A program made the position numbers and the translations under genes. Shown here one piece after another: positions 9,925 through 22,893 of a DNA stretch of 36,333 nt. The notes below the pieces were generated by a model. It worked only from the letters and a program-made list of their open reading frames with translations. It was not told where the DNA came from and did no database searches. The DNA lies in assembly GCF_001194135.2 (NCBI RefSeq), contig NC_068986.1, positions 93,222,350-93,258,682 of the forward strand, given 5' to 3'. Position 1 is the stretch's first letter. The number at the start of each line of letters is the position of its first letter. Source of the DNA: Octopus bimaculoides. Taxonomy: Eukaryota.

Positions 9925-12900
9925 ACTTGTTATGCTAATATTGTCAGCATGCATTTCACAAGCTGATTAAGGCTGTTTAAGGTGGCTAGGCTACCAGATC
10001 AATCTTGGAGCCTGGATATCCAGTTGAATCATACTTTTGAGCGTAAAGGACCACATGTACAGCACAACATAGGTTTTGTAAGTTAGCAACAATGAAGTTT
10101 TACCTGATGACCAGATGACACTAACTTGACTGTAACTGCTATGAAATGAAGGAACTTCTGGACTCTACTGGAAAAAAAAGAATGATTTGTGTTTTTTTTT
10201 TTTATCAAAATCAAATATAATGATCATATGAAAAGCCACCCGCTGGAACTTGAAGAAATGGATTTATACTAATAGTGGGTTTGAGATTATGTCATGAGTT
10301 CATTTCCAAAAGAAATCAATAATTGCTAAAAGGATTCTTATCATAACATTAAAATCTGACTGAATTAGTTCAAAGTTATTTTCGATATTAAATAGTCAGT
10401 TTGTTTTTGTGAATTAAAATAAATGAATAAATAATACAAAAATAACTGTAACCAATGAACAGAATTCAGAGGATGATGATATTCAGAGGATGATGATATT
10501 CAGATGAGACTTTTATAGTTGGTATGTAATCATCTGATTATCAGAATATCTTCAATCAGATAATCCAAAGCTTAATACATGTATTGAATTTATTCCCAGG
10601 CTTGAATTGATTTCTAAATTTCTGATTGGGTGGGGTGGGATGGGGAAATCAGTGTGAGGGTCATCTTGATGATACCACTGTGTAACATTGATAGAAACAA
10701 GTATAAACTTGGCTGTAAATGTCAGTTTTTTTATATATAAACCCTGGAGATGTCCTACATTTGGTAAACGGGTTTTAAATGTAAAGTAAAAAAGGGTCAG
10801 TTTCTAACTGTACTTGTATCTCTTATTTGTTTCAGTCATTAGACTGTGGTCATGCTGGGGCACCACCTTGAAGGAATTTTAGTCAAATTGACCCCAGTAC
10901 TTATTATGTTTTTAAGCCTGCTATTTATTCTATTGTTCTCTTTTGCTGAATTGCTAAGGTATGGGGATGTAAACACACCAACACTGGTTTTCAAGCAGTG
11001 GTGGGGTACAAATACACACATGTGCATGTGCATGCACACACACACACACACACACAACAGGCTTCTTTCAGTTTTTGTTTACCAAATCCACTCACACGGC
11101 TTTGGTCAGACTGAGGCTATAGAAGAAGACATTTGCCCAAAGTGCCTTGCAGTGAGACTGAACCTAGAACCATGTGGTTGGAAAGCAAGCTTGTTACCAC
11201 TCGGCCTCATCTGCACCAATATTTACAAAAAAAAATAGTTGAATAAATTACAGAAATTGGGAAATGAAGATTCTGGAAGTATTTATGAAACTGGTTCAAA
11301 ACAACTATAAATGATCAATATAAAACTCAGCATTTTATTAAGAAAATGGCAGTCAGGCAACTGTGATACTTTAGAACTTCTGGATTAATTTGAATAAACA
11401 AAGATTAAGAAAGTGTAATCTCAAACTAAAGCACTTTTATGGATCACTCATTGAAATTTTGGGCCAGTTTGAATCATTAATGGAAATTGATAAAAACATA
11501 GAAACTGTAAAATGCCTTTGATGTAGAATGAGATAAAAAAATTAAAATTATGGTTTACTTAGTATGGATGTGATAAATGTTGATAGTTCAACATTAATTC
11601 ATGATGAAGCACAAGGACAATTTGAAAGATTTAGAGGATTTTTAAGGTTGACGTTCTTCTCAGAGGAAATGACAATCCATATTATTTTGAAGCAAACCCA
11701 TTCCCAATACACATTAAACCATTAGTCATAGTAAAACTGTGGGAACTAATTAACGAAGATCTTTTAGAGAAGTTCCTCCCAGTGGTATTAAATGGACCTC
11801 CCTTTTAGTAATAAATCGATGGGGTTATTCAGATACGGGGAGACTGTGAAGTAGATGTAAATGACAGAGTTTCAGATTTTTATCCAACTCTAAATGCCAT
11901 GTATTGATTAATGCAATGCCCCCAACTGAAATGTATGATGTTTGGATGAATGTGGTGGTGGTGGGTTTTTTTTTCCTTCCCTCTATTTATGATATGTAAA
12001 AATGTAAAATTAGAAACTGCCTATGATAATATTTTATCAAGTGTATTACAATGAGTTTTAAATAATAGCTGGAGCATGTGTTCTGTTGTGGAAAGGCCAT
12101 TTAAGTCATTGACAAATAAGTTAACAAGTGAAGGTTGTTTTCTGCATAACAAAAAATTGTTTCAATAACTTGTTCAAGAACATTAAAAGATATGCTTGAC
12201 AATGTTCATTGTGGCCCAACATCATTAAGGGACTAGTTGAAATTGGAAATGTATTGGCCAGGGTTCTACAAATATGTGGAATGGTATGTTGGATGTCCAA
12301 CAAAACTGGAATTACCTCACACAGTATAGACACAGCATAATAAAGAAATTAAAGCATGTGTGGATATGGATCATACTTTTGTCATAACACTTATTGATGC
12401 ATACTGTTGGTGGTCAGAAGCAATAAAGTTAAGAATAAAGATGCAAAAGCAGATAAGAGCAGGTATTAAGAATGTTGTTTGCCAGAAATGGTGATCCAGA
12501 AACATTAATGCTTGACAATGCTTGTGATATAGAATAATGATAACGAGTTGTGTATACGGCTTGATAAGATTGGATATAAACTCATGTAAATGCCTCTGTA
12601 TCAAGCAGTTAAATGGAGTTGCTGAAGAAAGGTTGCAAGTGTTAAAATAGGTTTCAATGCAGATTTATCGTCTATAGGTTCTATTAATGCATGTTTAAAG
12701 TAAATGTTTTGGACTTATCAGACAATCCCTTATAGTGCGGAAACCTTTTTACTCCATCTGCTTTGATGGGCAAACAAATATGATGACCAGTAACAATTTA
12801 TTGTGACATTGCTGCTCTAGTTTTGTACCAGTGCCCAAGAAATAATAAACCATGAATCAGATTTATATCCCAGGCTGAGATTAATAATATGAGACTGAAG

Positions 12901-13260
12901 TGTGAACAGCATATACATACAAGTTCATACAGGGCAGGATAAACAATGGTACAAATATTGATAGTGAACTACAGGCTCGGTCCCCCAAGTTTTGAATGAT
13001 ATTTCAAACTGTTAATAAAGATTGTGATTTGACAACTGAATCAGGAACAAATGGTGAGATGTTGTTCTCAATTAGCAATAGGAATTAAATCAATTTTGCT
13101 TCTGTATGTAATGTTATTATGCTAATATCTGTAGTATTGCATGTATTTTATACACAAGCTGATTAAGATTATCTAAGTTGGTTTCCAGCTTGATGTTTGA
13201 GCTTGGCTATTCAGTTGAATAAAGCTTCTGAATATAAAGGATTGCATGCAACTACAGCTT
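9925..13260 (+). mobile_element. Ancient, internally deleted Ty3/Gypsy LTR retrotransposon (LTR-like repeats about 9925-10068 and 13105-13260)
   Basis: Frameshifted pol motifs: YFEANPFPIHIKPLV, KWTSLLV/IQIRGDCEVDVN..DFYP (11827), ETAYDNILSSVLQ, VHCGP..MYWPGFYKYVEWYVGC (12249), IDAYCWWSEA, LFARNGDPETLMLDNA (12475), QLNGVAEE (12606), TPSALMGK. Flanking direct repeats share ttatgctaatat, cacaagctgattaag and cagttgaat. Confidence 0.8.
10820..11217 (-). mobile_element. tRNA-derived SINE, family A, inserted in the Gypsy remnant
   Basis: Reverse-complement match to 6061-6472 over its full length, diverged. Confidence 0.85.
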
Positions 13261-14439
13261 TACTTTGATACATACAGTACAATACAGCAGAAACAACATA
13301 GATAGAATAAAGTGTCCTAGCCAGAGAGACAGTGAAATGTCTACACTGAATATTGAACACCCCACCCATCATCTTTGTTTTACCTTGTTCCATTTCACTA
13401 ATATTGCCATTGATGATACATGATGGTTTACTGTCTTGACTATTTATCTGGTTCATTTAAAACCATGGCAAATTCTCTAGCCGCAAGGTACTAATGGCTC
13501 TGTCAGGGCTTATACTACCCTCTGACTAGTAGCTTTTCACAATGGTCAGATAAGACTGCAGTCTTCTGGAGATATTTTACTGTCCTTTTATATTAGTCAT
13601 GTAATACAATGCTGTTGTCTGGCCCAATATAAGTTTATTTATTTACTCTCCTTTCACGTTAGCAAGATAATACAGCACTGACCAATGCAGAATAAATTTT
13701 CTATGATTTTTAAACTGTGGAGTGGCCAAATCAATAACATTGATTTGTTTCCAATTTTTAACCTCCACTTGACTTCTAACTACTGAGTTGAGTCACTCTC
13801 TCTCTCCTTAGAGAAGCAATATTGCTCACTTTGACCAGCCCTTACTAAGCCACATGTAAATCTCCTCTCAAAAAAAAAATATATTAAAGTGAATGGAAAG
13901 AATTGAAAGATGTTATATTATTCATAACAGTCCTTCCTTCCTTCCATCCCAGAATATCAACTTCCTGACCATATTTTGTCATGCCAAGATTAACTTACAG
14001 ATGTAACCTGAATATCAACCAATTTCACTAGTCTTGGAGGTCTTGTGAAGCTTATGGGCACTGGTCCTACCATGACCACTACCTCACTAAACCATAAAAT
14101 AACATAATTAAATGTAATATCACTTTATTTGGAATCAAACAATTAGTCAGTGCCTCATTCCATAAAAATATATGTGGCATGGTCATGATTGGAGCATCTT
14201 TGGTCACAAGTGTGGTCAGTGAGCTGAAGCTGATGGCATGGTTACTAGTGGTGGTTGCTGGTGATAAATTACTGCAATCATTAATTTTTTGCTCCTTTTT
14301 TGAAAATCTGCTGCATGCAGAAAAGTATTCAAAGTAATAGTGGCAATATTACTACAGATTGTTTTTCTTTGGTTTACTCTAGCGGATGGAGTTATATTTA
14401 TGGCCCTTGCAGATCTTCCAGTATCAACAGTATTGATGC

Positions 14440-15440
14440 TGTTAATGTTCTTGTTCAAATTGACATCTTTGAGAGAAACATCTACAGGGCAGGGGAGTGG
14501 GGGAAAGAGAGCATTTCAATGAGTTGTCATTCTGGGGAGAAGAATTGGCTGGAGGGGTTAGTGTTGGGTCATAGGTTTTTACACAATACAAATGATGAGC
14601 AGAAGAGGGAGATGAGTGATTCAGGCATACTTGAATGGTGGTGGTGCTATGAAATGAGCCAACTTTGATGAATAGCAGTCGCAGTAATAATGATAGAAAG
14701 GGTAGGAAAAAAAGCAAGTAAATAGAACAATTATGGACCAGATGTTGGAATGTATCTGTGAGTGAATTCATACCAACCATGCAATCTAAAATGTCTAAAT
14801 TACAGAATGCCACCTAGATTCGGGAGTAGTACATCATTGTGGCTTTCACTTGAGTTGAGTAAAGAGGTAGTAGTTATTGAGCACTGAAATATTTTCATAC
14901 TCTAAAAAGAAAGACCAATCTTTGTAATGTAGTTTTCGTTATGTTGAAGGTCTGCCTTTACCAGAAGAAATCCACATTGACAGTGAAGCTTAGCATTTGT
15001 GAGATGATCCTGAAGATTCCAGTTACATGCTGCTCTTGTCAAGGGAGACGAGAGCATCAGTAATGTTCTCTTGACATGTGTAGTGAGTGTGTCTTAGTGC
15101 TGTTGAAAGAGACAAAATTGGCATGACCCCATAGAAGGATGTTTTCCAGAACTCTGTTCTTGTCGTCAGTGAGGGGGTTTTTTGAAGTGCCTGGGCTGTA
15201 TGGGGATGACACAGGGTTGTGGAATTTTAGAGAGGAATGATGGGTGATATCTTCTGTCTAGGAGTGAATGCTGTCGGGCATGACAGCAAGTAAATCATCA
15301 GTGTACAACATGAAAAGTGTAAGGGACAAAACTGAACCTTGGGGTATACAAGAGTTGATAGGGTGTGAGTTAAATGGAGCCTAATCAACACAAGGCAGCA
15401 TCAAATAGGAAACACTGATCCAAGAGGCAAGAGCTAGGCA
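14440..15440 (-). mobile_element. 5'-truncated CR1/L2-group LINE reverse transcriptase remnant
   Basis: Minus strand reads INSCIPQGSVLSLTLFMLYTDDLL...IHS*TED...ILLWGHANFVSFNSTKT (about 15350-15090), the PQGSVLSP.LF / YADD / FN.SKT RT motifs in decayed form, then LTDTFQHLVH downstream. Confidence 0.7.
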
Positions 15441-15991
15441 GAGCACATCAGTGGGTTGGTTTATTAGGATATTTATTTGCACTCAAATCACATCACATTT
15501 TCTCACTCTCTATCTCTTTCTCTCTGTCTTCCCTTTCTCTCCAGGTCTTTGTCTATTTCTGTCTCCTCATTCTCTCTCTGACTCTCTCTGTTTCTCGTTC
15601 TCTCTCTCTGATTCCTTCATGCCATCTCACTCCCCATCTCTTTGTGTTTTCCCCACATCCACTCTTGAATAACTCCCTTCTCCTTTCTGAAATCACCAAA
15701 GTTGCACTACATGGTACTCAGCAAAGTTCTGTGCAGACAGCTATCACTGCAATATACACACCTTGCGTAACAAACAACAGTTGCTCGTTAGTAAGCTAAT
15801 GAGCTGCTCTGCAATGGTACACATGTAACATCCTGTTTATTGATTGAACCTATTTTAATCAACATTTTTGTGTTTTATATCTAGTTGTTTGCCGTGTGTG
15901 TGTATCTTTGCATATTCATGAGTGTGTGTGTATATGTATTCATGTGTGTTTGTATAAATATACATCTGTATACACCCATACTCCAAAAGTA

Positions 15992-16145
15992 GGGGATTGT
16001 GGCCTAGTGGTTAGTGTGTTGGGCTCAGAATCATAAGGTCATGGGTTCAATTCCAGGACTAGGTGACACATTAAGTCCTTGTATAAGGAACTCTATTTTA
16101 ATTTACTCCTTCCAGTCTGCTGGAAAATGTGTACCAGAGAGTTTC
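15992..16145 (+). mobile_element. tRNA-derived SINE head, family D (degenerate)
   Basis: ggcctagtggttagtgtg (A box) and gggttcaattcc (B box). Related reverse copies at about 16580-16680 and 18050-18162. Confidence 0.6.
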
Positions 16146-16732
16146 TTCCTTTCTTCCAGCTGCCACATCCTGGGTGTTTCACTGGGTCAAGGGATCAAGG
16201 GTTGAGCAGGTGCCTGAGTCTACCTACTTAAAATAGTTACTGAAAGCATGCTACATGCTACCTAGTCATTCTCACTAGTCATATGTGTGTGTGCGTGTGT
16301 GTCTAGTTTAGTGGTCATCTGCCCTTGGGCAAGTCCTGTGCATGTGAAACTTCTCTATACAGCCTGGGAGGGCCTGTACCCTCCTTTGTTAAGTTGATTA
16401 CTAAAGCTTCAGATACCATGGCTAGACTTGGGATAAATACTGGAGTGGCTTCCCATTGTCTTTTCAAATCAGGTGGGATTTGAACTCAGAATGTAGAAAG
16501 TTGGAAGATATACTGTAAAGCATTTCTGCTGATGTGCCAATGGTTTTGCCACTCTTCCATCTGCAGAGCAACATGAAATGAAGTATTTTGCTCAAGAACA
16601 CAATGTGCCACCCATTCCAGGAGTTGAACCCATAATCTATCAATCATGAGTGCAATACCCTAACCACCAGACCACGCACTTCCAATATATTTGTATACAT
16701 CTATATCAATTATGTCATGAAATAGTCATTTT

Positions 16733-17110
16733 AGTCTTTTACCTGTTTCAATCATTTGACTGTGGCCATGCTGGAGCACCACCTTTAGTCAAGCAAATCG
16801 ACCCTAGGACTTATTCTTTGTAAGCCTAGTACTTATTCGGTCTCTTTTGCTGAACCGCTAAGTTACGGGGATGTGAACACACCAGCATCGGTTGTTAAGT
16901 GATGTTGGAGGGGACAAACACAAACACACACCCACACATATATGTATACATATACATATATACAACGGGCGTCTTTCAGTTTCCGTCTACCAAATCCACT
17001 CACAAGGCTTTGGTCAGCCCGAGGCTATAGCAGAAGACACTTGCCCAAGGTGCCACGCAGTGGGACTGAACCCAGAACCATGTGGTTGGTAAGCAAGCTA
17101 CTTACCACAC
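16733..17110 (-). mobile_element. tRNA-derived SINE, family A
   Basis: Reverse-complement match to 6061-6472 and 25454-25822. Confidence 0.9.
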
Positions 17111-17399
17111 AAGTCTTATAAAAGCAGGAAAGCTGTTGAATTTACTTTTCATTTCTTGAGATATCAACTACAATCTGGTCACACAATTGCAACCCAGTTA
17201 CTGATACATTTCCAATTATAGGCCTCAACATTTTTTCTCTCTTTTTTTTTTCATCATTTATTCTTTTGTTTTTTCATGTTCAACTTATGGACATTAGTCA
17301 TTTTTTAACTTCTTGTCATTGGTCATTGTTAGTCACTTCCAGATTCCATTCTTTTGCCTGTTTACAACTGCAGTTCTATATTTTAGAGATGAGGAATTC

Positions 17400-17799
17400 T
17401 GTACATTATTTACAATGGACGGATATGTGTCCTCATCTTGTTTGTTGTTACCACAACGTTTCGGCTGATTTACTCTCTAGCCTTCATCAGGTGTTCTCAT
17501 AGAATTTCCTAAGGTATTTTTATGCTGATGTTATTAGCATTGTTATTATTTATTCAAGGCATTGCCTGGAATTGAACTTGCAATCTTGGTGTTAGTAGCC
17601 TGCGCTCTTAACCATTACACTATATATCCGTGGGCAATTATAGACTGAATTTTAGGGCCTAAATTTAAATTATAGAGTGAATTTTAGGGAAAAATTCTAC
17701 CAGGACACCTGCTGAAGGCTGGAGAGTAAATCAGTCAAAACGTTGTGGTAACAACAGACAAGATAAGGACACATAGCCGTCCAATGTAAATAATGTACA
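17400..17799. mobile_element. Foldback element: about 113-bp imperfect inverted arms (17400-17512 and 17684-17799) flanking a tRNA-like head; Penelope-pLTR-like
   Basis: The arms are reverse complements with scattered mismatches (tgtacattatttacaatggacggatatgtgtcctcatc... versus ...gataaggacacatagccgtccaatgtaaataatgtaca). The minus-strand spacer contains tagtgtaatggt (A box) and agttcaattcc (B box). Confidence 0.8.
17450..17495 (-). ncRNA. Putative minimal type I hammerhead ribozyme
   Basis: Minus strand: CAC-CUGAUGA-A-GGCU(12-nt loop)AGCC-GAAAC-GUU-GUG. Intact core, 4-bp stem II, 3-bp stem I, palindromic AACGUU in place of stem III. Activity untested. Confidence 0.6.
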
Positions 17800-18184
17800 A
17801 CTGTGCATTTACCATTTGTCATCATTTCATTGCTTTTTCTTTTGAAGCCCTTTGTTGGCAACAAGTATTTCTGGAATGAAATATATTTTAAGCTGGCCTC
17901 TGTGAAAACAACAATAATAATTGTTAATCCACATTCCTCTATTGTGAGCATAGTGCTGGTTTCCTGGTTTCTCTGGGGTATATATTTTCCCCTAGACAGG
18001 ACACCAATCTGTTACAGAAATACTCATTTTTACCAGCCAAGAGGATTGGGGCAACATGAAAAGATGTGTTTTTTAATCAAGAACATGACACATTGCCCGG
18101 TTCAAGAATCAAAACCATAATCTTATTATCATGAGTCAAACACTCTAACCACTAAGCCATGTACCCCCGCATAACAATAATAAT

Positions 18185-18390
18185 AATACTTTCTAATTTA
18201 GATAAAAGTCCAGCAGTTTTTCAGGGAAGTGGGTGAGTTGATTACATTGCCCCTAGTGCTTGATGGTACCTTATTTTATTACCCCCAGAAGTGGGGAAAA
18301 GCAAAGTTGGCTTCAGTAGAATTTGAACTCAGAATATAAAAGTGCCTATAGAAATACCCAATAAACTTTGACCGATGCTCTAACAGTTCT
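18185..18390 (-). mobile_element. Degenerate family B SINE
   Basis: ggtaccttattttattaccccc...gcaaagttggcttcagtagaatttgaactcagaat is the reverse complement of the family B core and head. Confidence 0.65.
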
Positions 18391-19449
18391 GGACTTGAGT
18401 GAACCATTAATTGTCCACTAAATCTTTATCAACCTATATCAAGCCATGCCCTACTGTCTTATGAAAAGAGAGATCATGGTGGATTATATATTAAGTTTCT
18501 AAAAGACTGGACGGTCATTACTGGAATAACTTTCGACATATTTCTGCTTGCTCAGGGTTGATCTGAAGCTAAAGCAACAATAATAGTGTATATAAGCAAC
18601 AGAGGCAGCATTAATATTGAGGGGTAATATTTATGCCCACTTAAAGGTGGATGTTCTGTTGGAACAAACTATACTGCAGTGGATACCATGAAAGAAGCTC
18701 TTGTATTGGCTTTTGGTGTAAAATGCACTCTCATTTATTCTGCTAGCAAGGAGATGAATTCCCACCATCTCCAGTGCAGAGACCTCCAGATCATGTGATT
18801 TCAACCATCCTTGGTTTTGTCAGTGGTGGACACTTGACTGCTAGAGATAGCAGCGACTCATCATAGTGACTATGTAAAATTTCTATTTAACTTTTTGCAT
18901 TCCAGATGGCATAATTCATGATGACAAAAATAACAATTTATTATTAATTAGTGACATAACACCACCAAAAGTTTTTAATGTTGTGCAGAGCTGAGTTGAA
19001 TAGTAAGGTGAATAGCTTAGGAATTACATTGGTCTAGCTGTTGAATTACAACATTGTAGCAGTAAAGAACTAGCTATCATCACAATTATCTTTCCACCTC
19101 TTACCTACCTTATTGCATCTACCAACCTTCAGCCTCACACTTATTACTTATTCCCAGTCCTTTATCCACAGAACACTGGTCCTCTAGAATTCCTGTTCCC
19201 CTTGTTCATGTCTTTTCTGCAAGTGTTGACCTGCAGCAATGCGATACTTTAAACGAAACAGCATCAAACTTACTAGTTTCAGAAGGCCTGCAAAGATCAT
19301 TGGTGCTTCCCATTCTTCAAAATCCAGCAAGTGAAAATATAAAATCTCAGTTTGCAATTAGTACATCAGAAATTATATGCGACCATTTCCCTAAAGTTAA
19401 GGACAGATTATCAATAATAATAATAATACATAGGAACCCTCCAGAAAAT

Positions 19450-19845
19450 AGCAATTTTTATCATTCAATATTGAGCTAGTTTACAGTTTGTTGGAAATCG
19501 TTATAAAAGTGTTCCTTTTGTTCATCTGTCAGCCCTGTTTGTGAGGCATATGCAGGTAAATATTACCTCTGTCTTCTCCATGTTTAGCCAAAGTTTAATT
19601 CCATTGCACCCTCTGACTACTTCAATTATTTCATCCCTTTCTCTACTAACAACATGCCTACATCAAACATCCACTGACCTCATTGCAGTTTACCCATGCA
19701 GAAGAATTCACACCTTTGTTCATATCACTCACAAGGAGGCTCCTTTCCATCTTGTCTCATGTACACAACACACATCTACTCTTGTTTGCTCCAATATCTC
19801 TGCAATCTCTCTTGAACCACTTTTTATTGTGCCAATGTAGACACA
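19450..19845 (-). mobile_element. RTE-clade LINE AP-endonuclease N-terminal fragment
   Basis: Minus strand GSREIAEILEQTRVDVCCVHETRWKG (about 19819-19742) and AYASQTGLTDEQKEHFY (about 19553-19503) match the RTE APE VD.CC.QETRWKG and AYAPQ.G...E.K..FY motifs. Confidence 0.7.
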
Positions 19846-20264
19846 GATCTATATACACTATAGAAGAGATACATATGCACATAAAAATAAATGGATCATC
19901 CAAAGGATTAGTACTCAGCTGAACGTCATGCTCATTGAATTACCCTTTAAGTAATTGAGCATTCCACAGACACACCTGTTCTTAATATAATGAAATTCTG
20001 ATACAGAATCAGGGTGATGAAGTGAGTGGTACACACACACATGCATATAGACACACATTTGCATGTACACTTAGCAATGAAGTACTATTTGAATTAATGA
20101 AAGCAGAGAGTCTTTGCTACAAAAATGAATGTTAAATGTGTATGTGTTTGTGTTTTTGTCCATGAATAATATAAGATCATCAACAGAGATGAAAATCTAC
20201 ATCCATAGTTACTACCTCCACCACTACCACCACCACCACCACCACTGCTGCTGCTACTACTACT

Positions 20265-20303
<39 letters not shown>

Positions 20304-20696
20304 GGTATGTGCATGTAAAAATACATTATAGACTTCATAGCTAACCATCGATCACATTTTTTAGTATATTTTAAAAAAATATTTCCCCACTTATAATAGT
20401 TATTTTCTAATAGTCTATTAAATCTTTTATAGGCAATCATATATGTGTGTTTGTTCATGTGTATGTGTGTGTGCCTCTCCCTCCCTCCCCCCTCTCTCTT
20501 CCTACACACACAACACGCATACACATATACATACATGTTCATCATCGTCTTCATTTTACATCCACTTTTCCATGCTAATGTAGTCCTGGATGAGGTCTCT
20601 GAGACAGTGTTTCACAGCCAGATGTCATTCCTAGGGACATGGTGTTCTTGTTCTTAAACTGACTAGCATGTGTACATACACACAAACACATACACA

Positions 20697-20729
<33 letters not shown>

Positions 20730-20752
20730 CACATGCATATACATATGTCTAC

Positions 20753-20792
<40 letters not shown>

Positions 20793-20835
20793 ACACATGC
20801 TAGTCGGTTTTAGAACAGGAACACCATGTCCCTAG

Positions 20836-20890
20836 NNNNNNNNNNNNNNNNNNNNNNNNNNNNNNNNNNNNNNNNNNNNNNNNNNNNNNN
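20836..20890. other. Assembly gap (others at about 471-481, 7245-7254 and 29179-29287)
   Basis: Runs of N. Confidence 0.99.
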
Positions 20891-20932
<42 letters not shown>

Positions 20933-22426
20933 CACACATGCATATACACATGTCTACATATATTTACACATACACACACCTCTGTTTTTGAAGGCAGTTG
21001 ATGATTCACTCCGTTGCTACTCAGATTCATATCATGTGCTTTCAATCGCTATATGAACATGAAAGACACACACACACACACACATACATGCATATATATA
21101 TGTTTAGATACACACACATGCATGCACACACACATGACATGCATAAATATATATAACAATGGCTATAACTCAACAAAAACAGTATAGACATGTAACATGC
21201 TTTCACTATGTAATTATATCTCCATACTGATGCATATCTCTGTGGAAAATGCATACAGATGATGCATTTATCTGGATATATAAGTGTTGATATTCAGTGT
21301 TGTATGCATGCATGTGCTTGTACTTATTTTGTTTTTGAATAACCACACAACAAACATATTAGGGTACTCCAATAAATATTTAATAGTTACATCATCTCTT
21401 TAATCCATCCTTTTTAAAAATACCCAATATAATATTCTTAAAAGAAAGCTTCTAGCATCAAAATCTAACTTTGACCTTTCTCTCACCTGTGTTAAGTGAC
21501 AAACTGAATTGTTATTATCTATCAACTGTCTTTTGTGAACGATAAAATAACTCAACTACCCTTGTATACAAAGAATCTTGATTAGTCAAAAGAAAGACTT
21601 AAATCAACACAAATTGTGACTTGGTTATGATACATTGCATACTTCTTTATTTACATACCTGACTAGATCATGAAAAATAACAGCTTCCTTTATCAAACCA
21701 GAAAAACTGTCTCCACCATCCATTTCTTTTAACACACACCCTACAAGCATATATATTTCTCCTGCCCTTTTCCATCCTCTACTTCCTACTCAACCATTTC
21801 TCTTTTCAGCCTGCACCACACCCAGTTCTCTTTCACATTGTTCCATCTATGAAAAGATCACATTGACAAAGACTGTATAAATCCAGAAAGACAAAATTCT
21901 ACCACTGTCTGTCTGATGATGGATAAAAAGCAGAAACTTTGAAGTCACTACCAACCTTTTCCTTGTAAATACATAAGAAATGACAGCAATATCATTGCTT
22001 GTTGCTGAGTAATTTTCAGAGAGGCAGAACTCTGATACATATGTGTGCATACTCACTCTTTTTCTCAAAAACGTACATTAACACATGAAATATTTTGGAA
22101 GGACTTCTTTTCCTGTTTCTGCCAAACAAATATATTCATAAACCTTTGGTCAGCCTGAAGCTATACTAGAGAGTAATTTCCAAGGTGCTGCATAGTGGGA
22201 CTAAACCATGTGGTTTGAAAGCAAACGTCTTGGCTATGCAGCCATTGTAAATATGTGAAATAAGATAGTCCTTTACTTGAGAAACAAGTAAAGGAAGGGC
22301 ATCCAGCTGTAAAGCAATTCTTCAATAATATTTTTGCTTAACTCATAATCTATGATAGCATGAAAAACGTAAAATTGAACAAACACAGATCGTTATCTTC
22401 ACTGTTTTAACATCCACTTTTCCTTG

Positions 22427-22429
<3 letters not shown>

Positions 22430-22459
<30 letters not shown>

Positions 22460-22839
22460 CATATGCATACTCAATTTTCCATGCTATATACATATATCTA
22501 CAATTATCTATCTATCTACACACACACACACACACACATACATATGTGTATGTATTTATGTATGTTACATATATACATGTACACACACACACATACACAC
22601 ATGCACGTTTTCCCGTACTATATCCATACATACATGCATGCATATATATATATATATATATAAATACACACACACACACATGCACACACACTCTTATATC
22701 TAGTGAAAGATTCTATACATACACACACACACACACACGCATGTACCTACTCACTGTTCCATGCTATATACATGTATCTACAATTATCTATCTATCTACA
22801 CACACATACACATACACATTTTCCCATACTACATACATG

Positions 22840-22893
<54 letters not shown>

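Noticed and set aside
17563-17629. Possible tRNA gene (likewise the SINE heads at 6061, 15992 and 25454)
   Set aside because: A and B boxes are present but the acceptor and anticodon stems do not close into a cloverleaf. These are tRNA-derived heads.
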